DNA of 64,000 nt from the IMG/VR virus record IMGVR_UViG_3300002835_000172, positions 813 to 64,812 of that record; one strand, given 5' to 3'. Every line of letters begins with the position of its first letter. The stretch's first letter is position 1. Shown piece after piece: positions 29,200-39,134 of this stretch. Made by a program: the position numbers and the translations under genes. Below the pieces are notes generated by a model. It worked only from the letters and a program-made list of their open reading frames with translations, did no database searches and had not been told where the DNA came from. This stretch comes from a virus. Lineage: Duplodnaviria > Caudoviricetes.

Positions 29200-29415
29200 T
29201 TTCGTAAAACGATAGTTTCTTGCAGTTGATCGCTTGCAGAGATGGCATCATGTATCCCTATGATTATTGCAATTCTTATCACAACGGCGATCGTTGTATC
29301 AACCCACTCATTCCTAATGCATTCTGTTGACAGATTTGACCGCTACGGCGACAGCGGCGGTTCATTCCGTGAATGGACAGAATTTGAAAAACAGAAAAAT
29401 CCTTCAAATTTCTAA

Positions 29416-30180
29416 TTACCTTTTTCTGTCGTAGTAATACCCCAAGTTTTTCCATTGTTTAACGCTTGGGTCATCAAGCAATGAGGTCATGTTCTTTTCG
29501 TATCCTTCGTCAACTGCACCTTCATATTGCTTTGAGTTGCTGTAGTGACCAATAACGGCTTTCCTTGTCGCATTTTTGTCAGCAGACACTAGGGCGCGAT
29601 GAAAGAGATTGCCATGCCAAATCAACAGGTCGCCTTTTTGAGCAAGGAAAGTAAAATGCTCTACTTCTTTATGCTCTTCAACTTGTTTTTCAAGTTCATA
29701 GTTTAACCACCGTCCATCAATCACTTCCCCGCTATTTTCTCCAAAATAAGCCGCATGCTTATCAAAAACCCATTTATGTGATTTGGGTATCAGTTGAAAT
29801 GGTCCTGTTTCGTACAAAACATTTTCTACCGCAACCCAAGCACCTATGTAGTTGTTGAAGGCGACGGGGTTTGAATGTATTGAATCCTGATGCCAATTTT
29901 TTTGGCTACTCATAGACCATGTATCTACACGGTGAAGAGCAACAGCAAGTTTCAGTTCAGTAAAAAAATTTACTATTATTGAACTGCACATTATGTCCAT
30001 TACTTCGGGATGTTCTAGATACTCTTCCTCTTTATCCCACCCAAAATTATTTCCATACTGATCAGTTTTGTTGGAGTTTTCTTTTTCCCATACAGAATTG
30101 TATTCATCTAAAAGACTTTCGCTTATAGCCTTTTTGAATACAACATAACCATTTTCGTGGAAAAAATCTATTGGCTCCAT
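29416..30180 (-). CDS. phytanoyl-CoA dioxygenase (PhyH)-family 2OG oxygenase
   Basis: FHENGYVV, WHQD, W.A.E....GP...IP.SH, GDLLIWHG.L.H. Confidence 0.85.
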   Translation of the reverse strand: MEPIDFFHENGYVVFKKAISESLLDEYNSVWEKENSNKTDQYGNNFGWDKEEEYLEHPEVMDIMCSSIIVNFFTELKLAVALHRVDTWSMSSQKNWHQDSIHSNPVAFNNYIGAWVAVENVLYETGPFQLIPKSHKWVFDKHAAYFGENSGEVIDGRWLNYELEKQVEEHKEVEHFTFLAQKGDLLIWHGNLFHRALVSADKNATRKAVIGHYSNSKQYEGAVDEGYEKNMTSLLDDPSVKQWKNLGYYYDRKR

Positions 30181-30188
30181 TTTCTTAT

Positions 30189-30821
30189 TTATACATCGTC
30201 CCTATAAAATATTTCAAATCCACAATGCATTATCGCAGATGCGAGCGTTCCATAATAAACGTCTCTTTCAACGCTGTCATCTATTGGTTGTGAATCAATC
30301 CTGAGTGATGCTTTCAGTGCAGCGGGGAACGCAATGTCTCGCATGACTCTTCCACCGTTGTACCAATGCGTTTTCCCAAATTCAACTTTCCTGCCAAGTT
30401 TCACTTTGTATGGGAGCGTTACGAAAACATGGTCAGTGGCGGTTAGGTGAGTGAAGGAAATGCACTCCTCAACCGACGACTCGTTATCTGCATATAACGT
30501 TGCCAAGTCTTTTCCTTCAGTATCCGAAGGGGACATTGAGCAGTAGCCCTCGGCTGCGAGTGTGTATTCGTCAATACCCCATCCCTGTCTCATAATCACT
30601 GATGCTTCTATGATCTGCTGAAGTCGTTCGTCTTTGGGTATGCCAAATGTGTTTTTGAGTTGAACTATTGTGACTAATTCATTATCTTTCCAACCAAAAA
30701 TATTAATATTTAAATCGGATCCTATTCCGTCTTCATCTATCAAGGCAAGTTTTGCCGTTTTGACAGATTCGGCGCATAGTGCTATTTTGTCTAAATCGGT
30801 TTCGTAGAATCCTGTATACAT
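30189..30821 (-). CDS. hypothetical protein
   Basis: 210-aa open ORF. Confidence 0.6.
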   Translation of the reverse strand: MYTGFYETDLDKIALCAESVKTAKLALIDEDGIGSDLNINIFGWKDNELVTIVQLKNTFGIPKDERLQQIIEASVIMRQGWGIDEYTLAAEGYCSMSPSDTEGKDLATLYADNESSVEECISFTHLTATDHVFVTLPYKVKLGRKVEFGKTHWYNGGRVMRDIAFPAALKASLRIDSQPIDDSVERDVYYGTLASAIMHCGFEIFYRDDV

Positions 30822-30903
30822 GTTGACCCAACCTTACTGTATGGTGCCCCTCACAAAATGAGGGTTGCATTTTGGGGATTTTCTTTGTACTAAGGTTTTC
30901 TGC

Positions 30904-31203
30904 ATGTCATCAAAATCAAACAAAAAAGCACCAGTCAAGAAAACAGCATCAAAGAAGTCTCCTGCAAAAAAGAAGGCTCCTGCTAAGAAGCCTGTCTCCA
31001 AGAAGGTTTCTGCGACCGCTGAAAAAAGCAACAAAAATGTTTTGGCTGAAATTAAAATTGATACAGCAAAACCACAGTTCGTTAACGCTGAAAAATTCAT
31101 GAAGTCATTCGTGGATGAATCTGCTGTTTTGATTAAGGCAAATAACGTAAAATCTTTGCCTCTTCGCAAGAAAATGCTTGCGTGGTTCAAGATTAGCAAG
31201 TAG
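30904..31203 (+). CDS. histone H1-like Lys/Ala/Pro-rich protein
   Basis: KKAPVKKTASKKSPAKKKAPAKKPVSKK repeats. Confidence 0.65.
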   Translation: MSSKSNKKAPVKKTASKKSPAKKKAPAKKPVSKKVSATAEKSNKNVLAEIKIDTAKPQFVNAEKFMKSFVDESAVLIKANNVKSLPLRKKMLAWFKISK

Positions 31204-31236
31204 TCTGAACCCCATGAGGGGTTTACGAGGGGAAAA

Positions 31237-32613
31237 ATGACAACCGAAGAAACAGTGCTGCCGTTTGTTATTGATTCAAACATTCTCTTAGGTGATGTCC
31301 GTGAGACGCTTGCTTCGTTGTCAGATAACAGCATTCATTGTGTTGTTACATCACCTCCGTATTGGGGGCTAAGGGATTACGGAACCGCAACCTGGATTGG
31401 TGGCGACCCTGAGTGCTCGCACAAAAGAGATAGTAAGTTCAGTGAAAGTTGCACAACTGGACAGAAACTTCTTGAAGGTGCAATAGGTGACGGCATCTAT
31501 AAAGTCCAATGCCCTCGTTGTGGCGCGATGCGTAAAGATAGTCAACTTGGTTTAGAGCCAACCGTTGATGAATATGTTGAACATATGGTTGAGGTTTTTC
31601 GTGAAGTTCGCAGAGTTTTGCGAGAAGACGGAACTCTATGGTTGAACCTTGGTGACTCTTATGCGGGTAGTAACGGCAACGGATGGAAGCAGTCAATTGC
31701 GTCCACCAATGCATCCAACGCTGGCGGGGAGAATGAAGATTTCAGGGCAAAGATCGGTCGCGATGACGGCGATCTGAAACCAAAAGATTTGGTAGGTATT
31801 CCGTGGCGCGTTGCTTTTGCCTTGCAGGCAGATGGTTGGTATTTGCGTCAAGACATCATTTGGGCTAAACCTAACCCGATGCCTGAATCTGTTCGTGACA
31901 GGTGCACCAAAGCACACGAATACATGTTTTTGCTAACCAAAAAGTCACATTATTTTTTTGATAGCGAAGCGATAAAAGAACCAGCAAAATATGCTTACGA
32001 CGATAGGGGATCTCGTGCAGACAGCCGTAAAGACGCAGGTATTTCTAACGCTATGCACGGTTCAACAGGAGCCTTTAGAAACAAGAGGTCGGTATGGACG
32101 GTAACAACGAAACCATTCAAGGGGGCGCACTTCGCGACCTTTCCACAGGATCTGATAGAGCCTTGTATCTCCGCTGGTACGAGCGAAATGGGATGTTGTG
32201 CTCAATGTGGGTCACCTCTAGTGCGTCAAGTGAACCGCAAGAGGATTGCTCGGAACGAGTTGTCAGTGGACGATCCTCGTTACCGACCAAACACCTACGA
32301 AGGCGCATATGGGGAAATAAACGGCAAGGGCGACGCAGGTTATTCTCAAACCGACACGATCGGGTGGGAAAAGGGCTGTAAGTGTGAAACTGTTGAGACG
32401 GTTCCGTGTACGGTGCTGGATGTGTTCTTTGGTGCTGGTACTACAGGTGTGGTCGCACAGAAGTTGGGTAGATCATATTTGGGGTGTGAATTGAACCCTG
32501 AGTATGCACAAATAGCGACATTGCGTCTTTCGGATGAAAAGGAAAAATTGAGGGTCGCTGAGGAGATTAATGCAAGCCAGCCTTCACTTTTTGAGGTTAC
32601 TTCTGAGGGGTAA
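31237..32613 (+). CDS. DNA methyltransferase (N4/N6) with Cys-rich insertions
   Basis: TSPPYWGLRDY, WLNLGDSY, IIWAKPNPMPES, HFATFP, VLDVFFGAGTT. Confidence 0.92.
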   Translation: MTTEETVLPFVIDSNILLGDVRETLASLSDNSIHCVVTSPPYWGLRDYGTATWIGGDPECSHKRDSKFSESCTTGQKLLEGAIGDGIYKVQCPRCGAMRKDSQLGLEPTVDEYVEHMVEVFREVRRVLREDGTLWLNLGDSYAGSNGNGWKQSIASTNASNAGGENEDFRAKIGRDDGDLKPKDLVGIPWRVAFALQADGWYLRQDIIWAKPNPMPESVRDRCTKAHEYMFLLTKKSHYFFDSEAIKEPAKYAYDDRGSRADSRKDAGISNAMHGSTGAFRNKRSVWTVTTKPFKGAHFATFPQDLIEPCISAGTSEMGCCAQCGSPLVRQVNRKRIARNELSVDDPRYRPNTYEGAYGEINGKGDAGYSQTDTIGWEKGCKCETVETVPCTVLDVFFGAGTTGVVAQKLGRSYLGCELNPEYAQIATLRLSDEKEKLRVAEEINASQPSLFEVTSEG

Positions 32614-32676
32614 TAAATGTTGTATTATTTACCTACATAGGTATTCCAGTATTTCTCTTTGACTTGGAGGTCAAAA

Positions 32677-33075
32677 ATGTCAGCATCAGCACCACTTCTT
32701 CTCCCAATGACGGTTACAGGCGCATGCGCAACAACTTCAACTGTTGTTGTTCGCACTCCTGTCGCAGGTCGTGTCCGTGCAATCACAGTTGCAGTTGGTA
32801 CTGCTCCTGCTGGTTCAGCACTTAGCGGAACTGTTCGCAAGGCAACATCCTCGGGAACGGTTGTCGGAACTTGGTCACTTGCAGCCGCCGCCACTTCGGC
32901 AGAAGCAACAATGTCAACAGTTGATGGTGCGGACGAAATCGCAGAAGATGACTTGTTGCACCTCGTAGTCGCTGCTGTAGGTTCAGGAACTGCTGGTTCA
33001 AACTTGACCGCTCTTCTTCAAATTGATCAGTCGGCAGACCAAGATGGTGTGAACGCCCTCTACCCTTATTCCTGA
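32677..33075 (+). CDS. Ala/Thr/Gly-rich beta protein, possibly virion-associated
   Basis: GGAGG RBS, own terminator, small-residue-rich composition. Confidence 0.5.
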   Translation: MSASAPLLLPMTVTGACATTSTVVVRTPVAGRVRAITVAVGTAPAGSALSGTVRKATSSGTVVGTWSLAAAATSAEATMSTVDGADEIAEDDLLHLVVAAVGSGTAGSNLTALLQIDQSADQDGVNALYPYS

Positions 33076-33102
33076 TCTAAAAATTTAAACCCGACAAAAT
33101 AT

Positions 33103-33142
33103 TTAATCCCCCCACATCCGTGCAGGTCTGTGGGGGGATTAA
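33103..33142. terminator. bidirectional intrinsic terminator
   Basis: TTAATCCCCCCACA...TGTGGGGGGATTAA hairpin between convergent genes. Confidence 0.75.
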
Positions 33143-33159
33143 TTATTTATAGACATAAA

Positions 33160-33522
33160 TTATTTACTAAAAGTTATTGCCACCCTGTCGCCAGCAAGGC
33201 GCAGAAGATTGATCGCTTCTTTTTGGCTGTGTGACGAACACCAGTCCGATATTTCTTTATTCACTATCAGTTCTAGGTATTCGCAGAAGAATCGCGCCCT
33301 ACCAGTCATGAATGGCGCAACTCCACACTCCTCTGCTCCTGTTTCTCCTTGTGCAAGGAGTTTTTCTTTACCCCCACAGGCAAGAAGTATTGATCCCCAA
33401 ATATCTACTTCTTTTGTATATGGGTCATATGTCGTGTAGTTGGAGAACCCTTGTTCCTCTATTATTTGCGCAGCCTTGTCGTAGACATCATGAGCGCCAA
33501 GTTCTTTTAATGTTGGGAACAT
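33160..33522 (-). CDS. hypothetical protein
   Basis: 120-aa ORF coupled to the upstream ORF. Confidence 0.55.
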   Translation of the reverse strand: MFPTLKELGAHDVYDKAAQIIEEQGFSNYTTYDPYTKEVDIWGSILLACGGKEKLLAQGETGAEECGVAPFMTGRARFFCEYLELIVNKEISDWCSSHSQKEAINLLRLAGDRVAITFSK

Positions 33523-33818
33523 TATTCTGTTTCAATTCCGTTCTTATTGCAAAGATCGGCATACGCATGGTTTGGGCTTTCCCCTATTCCAACCGTCTGC
33601 TTGTACTCATCGGTGAAAAGGTCAACGGCGTCACAGTCATCACCCTCAAAATAGTTGAGCATCGCTTCCGTGAACTCATCGCACTCTGCGAAGGCAATCC
33701 ACTTCCCGCCCTCATATATCCCGCCGTACCTTGCCTCTCTTATGACGACGGGATAAATGCGAATCGTTTTTTGAGTCATATTATTTGATTGGGCAAGCCC
33801 CTGTTGCGCAGTCATCAA
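33522..33818 (-). CDS. hypothetical protein
   Basis: YPVVIREARYGGIYEGGKWIAF; true start probably near 33779. Confidence 0.55.
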   Translation of the reverse strand: MMTAQQGLAQSNNMTQKTIRIYPVVIREARYGGIYEGGKWIAFAECDEFTEAMLNYFEGDDCDAVDLFTDEYKQTVGIGESPNHAYADLCNKNGIETE

Positions 33819-35709
33819 GCGTTAGATCTAAACCTGTTGCCTGACTAAGGGGAATGCTCATGTCAATTTTCTTTAAGAGCGAACCGTACTGTTCTGAAGT
33901 AATTTCTTCGTATGGTGGCAACGGGAAGTTGTGGTCAGCATGTAAGAGGAATGACACGGACTTGACACCTGTGTCGTAGTTCTTGGAGAGCCATTCTTTG
34001 ATGGATTCAAGTTCTTCCTTTCGGTAGTACACGGTTACCGAAACAGCGTTGTCTGCCCATTCGGTTTGCATTTTGCGCACCCATTCAAGTTGCTCAACGG
34101 CTGTCATGTTTTCTGCGAGAACCGCGTTGTCTGGTGACTTGCATGGGAACTCTACGACATAGCGTGTGTGGTCTTCTCTCCCGTCAATACCAATATCCCA
34201 AACAACCTTGTGTCCTCGTTTACGGAGACCGTCAACGAGGGCGTCAGACGCTCCAAAACGCACCCTACGGATGTAGAAAGGTGCAAATGCTGGATGTATG
34301 CCCGGGGTGATGCCGGGAAGCAATGAGAGCGTGCCAGATGGTTGAACTGTTGTCAACCGCACCGAACGAGGGTATCCGTTTTCTTTGGAATACTTGACAT
34401 CAAATTCGTCAAGATTACGGTAAGCCTCATCTAGCCAAGAAACCTGTTCTTCTGAAGCCTGCAACACACCCGAGATGCTTTGACCTAGGCGTGCATTCTT
34501 AGACACGATCGCATTGGTTTTGGCGTACGGGTAACTAAGTCTTGTGATTTGCTTCTGAACGATGTAAAGCAACTCGGATATTTCCTTGAATTGCTCAATT
34601 GAGCAGATGTTGGGGAGAAATATGGTTGAAAGGTTGCATGATTCGCCGTCACCCAAACCAATCTCCGCACAAGGGTTGAACCCCTCAATCGTCTTGTCTG
34701 CACGCTCTTCTTTGAGTCGCCCGAACTTCCGTGCAAGCCTTCGGTTAACCAAGCCGTACGGTTCACCACCACCCGTATAGCCCTTCCATAGTTCTGGCAT
34801 GATGTGGTCGTAGTAGTCAGCGTAAATGCTGTTATTGCTGTTGGCACGGTAACCCGGAATTTCTCCTGATGCCCAATTCTTCGCACGGAGGAACAGAACA
34901 TCGTCAGGGTCACCAATCGCGATTTGTGCTGAACGGCGGGATGAACCCGAAACGACAACACGACCAATGATGTTGCAAATATCTAGGACATCAATTGAAC
35001 GAAGTTTTTTCCCTTCTCGGTTTTGAAGCACCTTAGAAATATCTTCAATCCCATCAATCAGCGCTTGCGGTCCGCTGGCTGTTCCGCCGAATGTCTTGAG
35101 GGGTGCGCCAAATTGGCGAATAAGAATCGTTGAATACGAGAAAGACTTCCCTGTTTCAAAGTACGACTTCAATGTGCTATGTAGCAGTCGTCTCCAACCC
35201 TGTCGTGAGTCAGGGACAATAATGTCCGCATCGTTTGATCGCTCGTGAGTGATTTTTACATTGGTCAAAACTTTTGGAAGGTCATGGATTTTTGCTCGCT
35301 CCACAGAGAAACCAACTCCGCCACCAAGCATGAGGTGGTCAAAAAGAAATTCAAAATCTTCTACTTTTTCTATGTTTACGAAATAGCAGTTATTGAGTGA
35401 TGCCGCGTTGAACTGTTTGATGAGCGGGGTTCCGAGTTGCCATAGTGCGCGACCCGAGAATGATCCTCGTAGGTTGAACACATGGTCGTAGAGTTTTTCT
35501 GCTTGATCTTGTGTTAGTGGTGTCCCAATGTCTATTGCTCCGTTTACACAGCGTTGTACTGTTTCTGCCCAAATTTCGTTTCGGTCTAGTTCTTCAATTC
35601 GTCGTGAGTATGTGCGTAAGTAAACAACTTCACCTAAACCGCTGAATCCCCAAGGCGGAGTCTGTGTCTTGTAGCGGTCAACAAATTCTTCAGTGATTCT
35701 TGCGGTCAT
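33781..35709 (-). CDS. nrdJ: class II (B12-dependent) ribonucleoside-triphosphate reductase
   Basis: YLRTYSR, NNCYF, LMLGGGVGFS, RRSAQI, NPCAEI, TVQPSGT, C-terminal CATGACP. Confidence 0.93.
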   Translation of the reverse strand: MTARITEEFVDRYKTQTPPWGFSGLGEVVYLRTYSRRIEELDRNEIWAETVQRCVNGAIDIGTPLTQDQAEKLYDHVFNLRGSFSGRALWQLGTPLIKQFNAASLNNCYFVNIEKVEDFEFLFDHLMLGGGVGFSVERAKIHDLPKVLTNVKITHERSNDADIIVPDSRQGWRRLLHSTLKSYFETGKSFSYSTILIRQFGAPLKTFGGTASGPQALIDGIEDISKVLQNREGKKLRSIDVLDICNIIGRVVVSGSSRRSAQIAIGDPDDVLFLRAKNWASGEIPGYRANSNNSIYADYYDHIMPELWKGYTGGGEPYGLVNRRLARKFGRLKEERADKTIEGFNPCAEIGLGDGESCNLSTIFLPNICSIEQFKEISELLYIVQKQITRLSYPYAKTNAIVSKNARLGQSISGVLQASEEQVSWLDEAYRNLDEFDVKYSKENGYPRSVRLTTVQPSGTLSLLPGITPGIHPAFAPFYIRRVRFGASDALVDGLRKRGHKVVWDIGIDGREDHTRYVVEFPCKSPDNAVLAENMTAVEQLEWVRKMQTEWADNAVSVTVYYRKEELESIKEWLSKNYDTGVKSVSFLLHADHNFPLPPYEEITSEQYGSLLKKIDMSIPLSQATGLDLTLDDCATGACPIK

Positions 35710-35782
35710 TTTGTTCTCTTTCGGTGTAGTTGCAATTTAGGCAGAGAACTATATTACAGCACCAAGGGTTTTAAGTAAAATC

Positions 35783-36082
35783 CTAATTACTAGTAAGGTT
35801 ATATTTTCGTGCTTCTTCTAAGGGTATTACTTGACCAACAGCAAATTTTCTCACCTTTGTGAAAACTCCCGGTGATACTTCTTCGGGCATAAAAAAATCT
35901 TCTTCAACTCTGAATGTTTGTTTACCGTCTAGGGAGTTGAACAGTCCAAGACCAAATATCCTTGTTGGTGGTTTGTGATTATCGGGCACACAGTTACCGC
36001 TTGGGTCACCGCAAACTATGCATGGTTCAGTGGAAGCCCTCAAGAACTCTATGTCACCATATATATATTCAGGCATAAACAA
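35783..36082 (-). CDS. hypothetical protein
   Basis: 99-aa ORF with PCIVCG..C. Confidence 0.5.
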   Translation of the reverse strand: MFMPEYIYGDIEFLRASTEPCIVCGDPSGNCVPDNHKPPTRIFGLGLFNSLDGKQTFRVEEDFFMPEEVSPGVFTKVRKFAVGQVIPLEEARKYNLTSN

Positions 36083-36113
36083 GTGTACCCCGCACCATGC
36101 TGACCGTTTACAT

Positions 36114-36146
36114 GAAGAAGGAGCGCCTTTCGGCGCTCCTTCTCTC
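36114..36146. terminator. intrinsic terminator hairpin
   Basis: AGAAGGAGCGCC-TTTC-GGCGCTCCTTCT. Confidence 0.7.
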
Positions 36147-36180
36147 TATGCGAGGGGGCATAGACCTGTGACCCATGTAT

Positions 36181-36423
36181 TTAATTTTTGGGTGCGAACT
36201 TGTTCTCCTGTTGTAGAACTTTCATTTCTTCTGCAAAAACTGCATCAAACTCATCCTTGTAGCGAATCTGTAGAACGAACGATGCACGACGCTTTGCCTC
36301 TAGTTTGCGCTTTGCCTCAACCCTGCGGGCTTCTGCGCGTCGGTTGCGTTCCTCAACGGGTAGTGGCTTCCTTCCTCGGGTTACACCTAGTTTGTTCTTC
36401 ATTTGCTCATATGTTGTTGCCAT
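36181..36423 (-). CDS. small basic protein
   Basis: TRGRKPL AT-hook-like motif, Arg-rich helix; AGGAG RBS. Confidence 0.6.
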   Translation of the reverse strand: MATTYEQMKNKLGVTRGRKPLPVEERNRRAEARRVEAKRKLEAKRRASFVLQIRYKDEFDAVFAEEMKVLQQENKFAPKN

Positions 36424-36588
36424 TGTGGCTCCTATTTGTGTCTAGTGGTTACTTAATTAATAATTAGATAATAACTAAGGCTTCAAGATAAAGCAACCCT
36501 AATTTCGTAAAAATATACCGTGACATTGTGTATAAATGGGCTCTACGGGTGGGTTGTAATAATGAATGAGGCGCACTACACTTACGGT

Positions 36589-37101
36589 ATGGATAATATA
36601 AACATACCTAAAACATCACTAATCACCGAATTACCTACCGTAATGAACCTCAAGGAAGCACAGTTGAACTGCCGTGACTTTGACGCAGTAATTACAGCAG
36701 GACCATCTAAACGGGAAGTCAGCGAATTCAGACACCCAATACATAAAGTCGTTGAATTCCACGACACCATGTTTGAAAACAACGGTGGACCATCATATGA
36801 AAATGTTGCAGAACTCATTGAGTTTGGTGCAGGGGTTCCAAAACTCTTGGTTCACTGCCATGCAGGTATTTCCCGCTCTACGGCAACAGCATGGGGGGTG
36901 GCAATCGCAAACGGTGAAGAACCTTTGGAAGCATTCCTGCAACTACAACAAAATCACCCAAACGAAAGCAGTGTCTTTGGTCATGGATTTAAGCGAACAT
37001 TCGCACCCAACATCCTTATCGTAAAACACCTTGACAAGTATTTCAATCTAGGGACAACCCTTCTTGAAATCCGACAGAAGCACACAGAGGGTGGCTGGTA
37101 A
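36589..37101 (+). CDS. protein tyrosine/dual-specificity phosphatase-like protein
   Basis: LLVHCHAGISRS CX5R P-loop, upstream FHD acid loop, downstream PN; leaderless start after TTGTAA-17 nt-TACACT. Confidence 0.85.
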   Translation: MDNINIPKTSLITELPTVMNLKEAQLNCRDFDAVITAGPSKREVSEFRHPIHKVVEFHDTMFENNGGPSYENVAELIEFGAGVPKLLVHCHAGISRSTATAWGVAIANGEEPLEAFLQLQQNHPNESSVFGHGFKRTFAPNILIVKHLDKYFNLGTTLLEIRQKHTEGGW

Positions 37102-37105
37102 GAAT

Positions 37106-38047
37106 ATGAAAGTATTTTGGAACAGCGACTACACAAACATTTCCCACGACTTTGACACATCGCGCAAATCCGACAATATTGTCGCGTTGATCAAAGAAAA
37201 CCAAGAAATGCCATCACAGTTAAGACTGCATAAAGATATCCCAAATGTGGAAATCTGCGATCCTTACGCAAAGACCGATGTGGACGTCACCGAAGGTTTA
37301 ATCAATTCTTGGCTAACTAAAAATTACGCTGAAGCACTTAGGACGAACAACAATAGGCTTCTATCTGAAAGTCAAGGTTTCAGATGGTGCCCCAACACTT
37401 ACGCTTTCGCTCGTGCCCATGCGCACGGGTTGATCGCTTCGGTTGATGAGGTTAAATCGGGTGGCGGCAGGTGTGGAAGTTTGTCGTCAGGTCTCCACCA
37501 TGCTTCTATGGGTTCGGGTGCAGGGTTCTGCACTATCAACGGGATTGCTTTGTCGGCGATCTACGCCCATGAGCAAGGTTTTGAGCCAATCATTCTTGAC
37601 TTTGACGCCCACTGTGGCGGTGGGACAATGAACTTTCTAAACAAGTTCAACAATTCATTGAATGACGAACAAACACCTATTCAGCATATTGATATGTCCA
37701 CAAATCATTTTGATTCCTATGAAAGTGACGCAAAGTGGTCTTATCTCAATGTTCGTGGTATCAACGATGATTATCTTGACTGTATTAAAGAAGCGCTTGA
37801 AATCGCTCGTCCATTAGTGACCGACAAAACCGTGTTCATATACAATGCGGGGATTGACCCAATGGATGCATACGAAATTGATCAAGAAGTGATCAAACAA
37901 AGAGAGAAGTTGGTATCCAATTTCATTGGTGAAAGCAAGGCGATCTTTGCCCTCGCTGGTGGGTACTCTGGTCAAAATACAACACGAGACGATGTGGCAA
38001 AAACACATCTTTACAATATTTACGGATGGGCATGGAGCCAGAAATAG
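37106..38047 (+). CDS. histone deacetylase (HDAC/AcuC) family protein
   Basis: GLHHA, GFCTIN, ILDFDAHCGGGT, YNAGID, GGY. Confidence 0.88.
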   Translation: MKVFWNSDYTNISHDFDTSRKSDNIVALIKENQEMPSQLRLHKDIPNVEICDPYAKTDVDVTEGLINSWLTKNYAEALRTNNNRLLSESQGFRWCPNTYAFARAHAHGLIASVDEVKSGGGRCGSLSSGLHHASMGSGAGFCTINGIALSAIYAHEQGFEPIILDFDAHCGGGTMNFLNKFNNSLNDEQTPIQHIDMSTNHFDSYESDAKWSYLNVRGINDDYLDCIKEALEIARPLVTDKTVFIYNAGIDPMDAYEIDQEVIKQREKLVSNFIGESKAIFALAGGYSGQNTTRDDVAKTHLYNIYGWAWSQK

Positions 38048-38301
38048 TTCACGGGTTGTACGCAACCTACACAAACATTAAATGCAGGTGCACGGAGTGC
38101 AAGCAAGCAGCCGCTGAATATATGCGTGCCTACAGGAAAACTAGTGCTGGTAAATCTCAGGCTAGGTTTCATCAAGTTGTCGCTAATAAGCGATCACAGA
38201 TAGCCATTCAATGGGTGAAAAATAACCATCCGCAAGAGTGGGCTAAAATATGTGAGCAAGCATTACACGGCTTGGATAAAAGAAAGAACGGAGACAAATA
38301 A
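38026..38301 (+). CDS. actinophage-type HG..Y..CRC..C protein
   Basis: HGLYATYTNIKCRCTECK. Confidence 0.6.
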   Translation: MGMEPEIVHGLYATYTNIKCRCTECKQAAAEYMRAYRKTSAGKSQARFHQVVANKRSQIAIQWVKNNHPQEWAKICEQALHGLDKRKNGDK

Positions 38302-38533
38302 TATGGACTCACAATATGATGAAATATTAGAGAAGTTGGAAGGTTTCATTGAGCAAACCGAAAAAAGGATTAAACAACTTGTCTCTGAAATACAATCTCT
38401 GAAACTTGAGGTTCAAGGTCTTGATCACGGAGTTAAACAGAATCAGATTTCAAATGATCAGATAAAGGGAACTTTGGGCTCTACGCTGAAGACCGTTGGG
38501 GATCATTCTCAGAGGTTTGGCAAGTTGGGGTAA
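38252..38533 (+). CDS. coiled-coil hypothetical protein
   Basis: heptad-rich ORF; true start probably at MDSQY. Confidence 0.5.
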   Translation: MSKHYTAWIKERTETNNMDSQYDEILEKLEGFIEQTEKRIKQLVSEIQSLKLEVQGLDHGVKQNQISNDQIKGTLGSTLKTVGDHSQRFGKLG

Positions 38534-38549
38534 ATGCTAGTATTCGTTC

Positions 38550-39134
38550 ATGGAATACAGCGGGAATAGTTCGCAAGAGGCTTTTGTCCTTGAAATGCTC
38601 GGTCACAAAAAGAATGGTTTTTATGTTGAACTTGGAGCGTTCCATTCTTCAGAGGGGAGCAACACATATGAACTTGAGAAAACATATGACTGGCAGGGTG
38701 TCTCGTTTGAGTTGCTAGAGCAACGAAGGAACGAATTTATTGCCAACAGAACTAACCCTTGCATGGGGGACGCTCTCAACTTTGACTACATTGCGTATTT
38801 TGAAAACAATCATTTTCCAAAACAAATTGACTATCTACAGGTTGATATTGATACAGGCTACGACAGGGCTACACGCCCAAACGGGAACCATTACACAACC
38901 CTTCTTGGTTTGATTACCATACCGTTGACTCAATACAGATTCTCGGTTATCACCTTTGAGCATGATGCGAATATGTATTTCAGAAATACTGGACAGAGAG
39001 ACGCACAGCGCGAAATACTTGATTGTCTTGATTACACACTTGTTGCCAGAACAATACATGAAGATTGGTGGGTGGATTCTTCGGTTATAAGCCCTGATGT
39101 ATACAAGAAACAGATGCGATGGGAAACGCTGTAA
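38550..39134 (+). CDS. FkbM-like SAM methyltransferase
   Basis: SQE.FV...KKNGFYVELGA.....SNTY.LE...W.G; IDYLQVDID; ITFEHD; EDWW. Confidence 0.75.
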   Translation: MEYSGNSSQEAFVLEMLGHKKNGFYVELGAFHSSEGSNTYELEKTYDWQGVSFELLEQRRNEFIANRTNPCMGDALNFDYIAYFENNHFPKQIDYLQVDIDTGYDRATRPNGNHYTTLLGLITIPLTQYRFSVITFEHDANMYFRNTGQRDAQREILDCLDYTLVARTIHEDWWVDSSVISPDVYKKQMRWETL

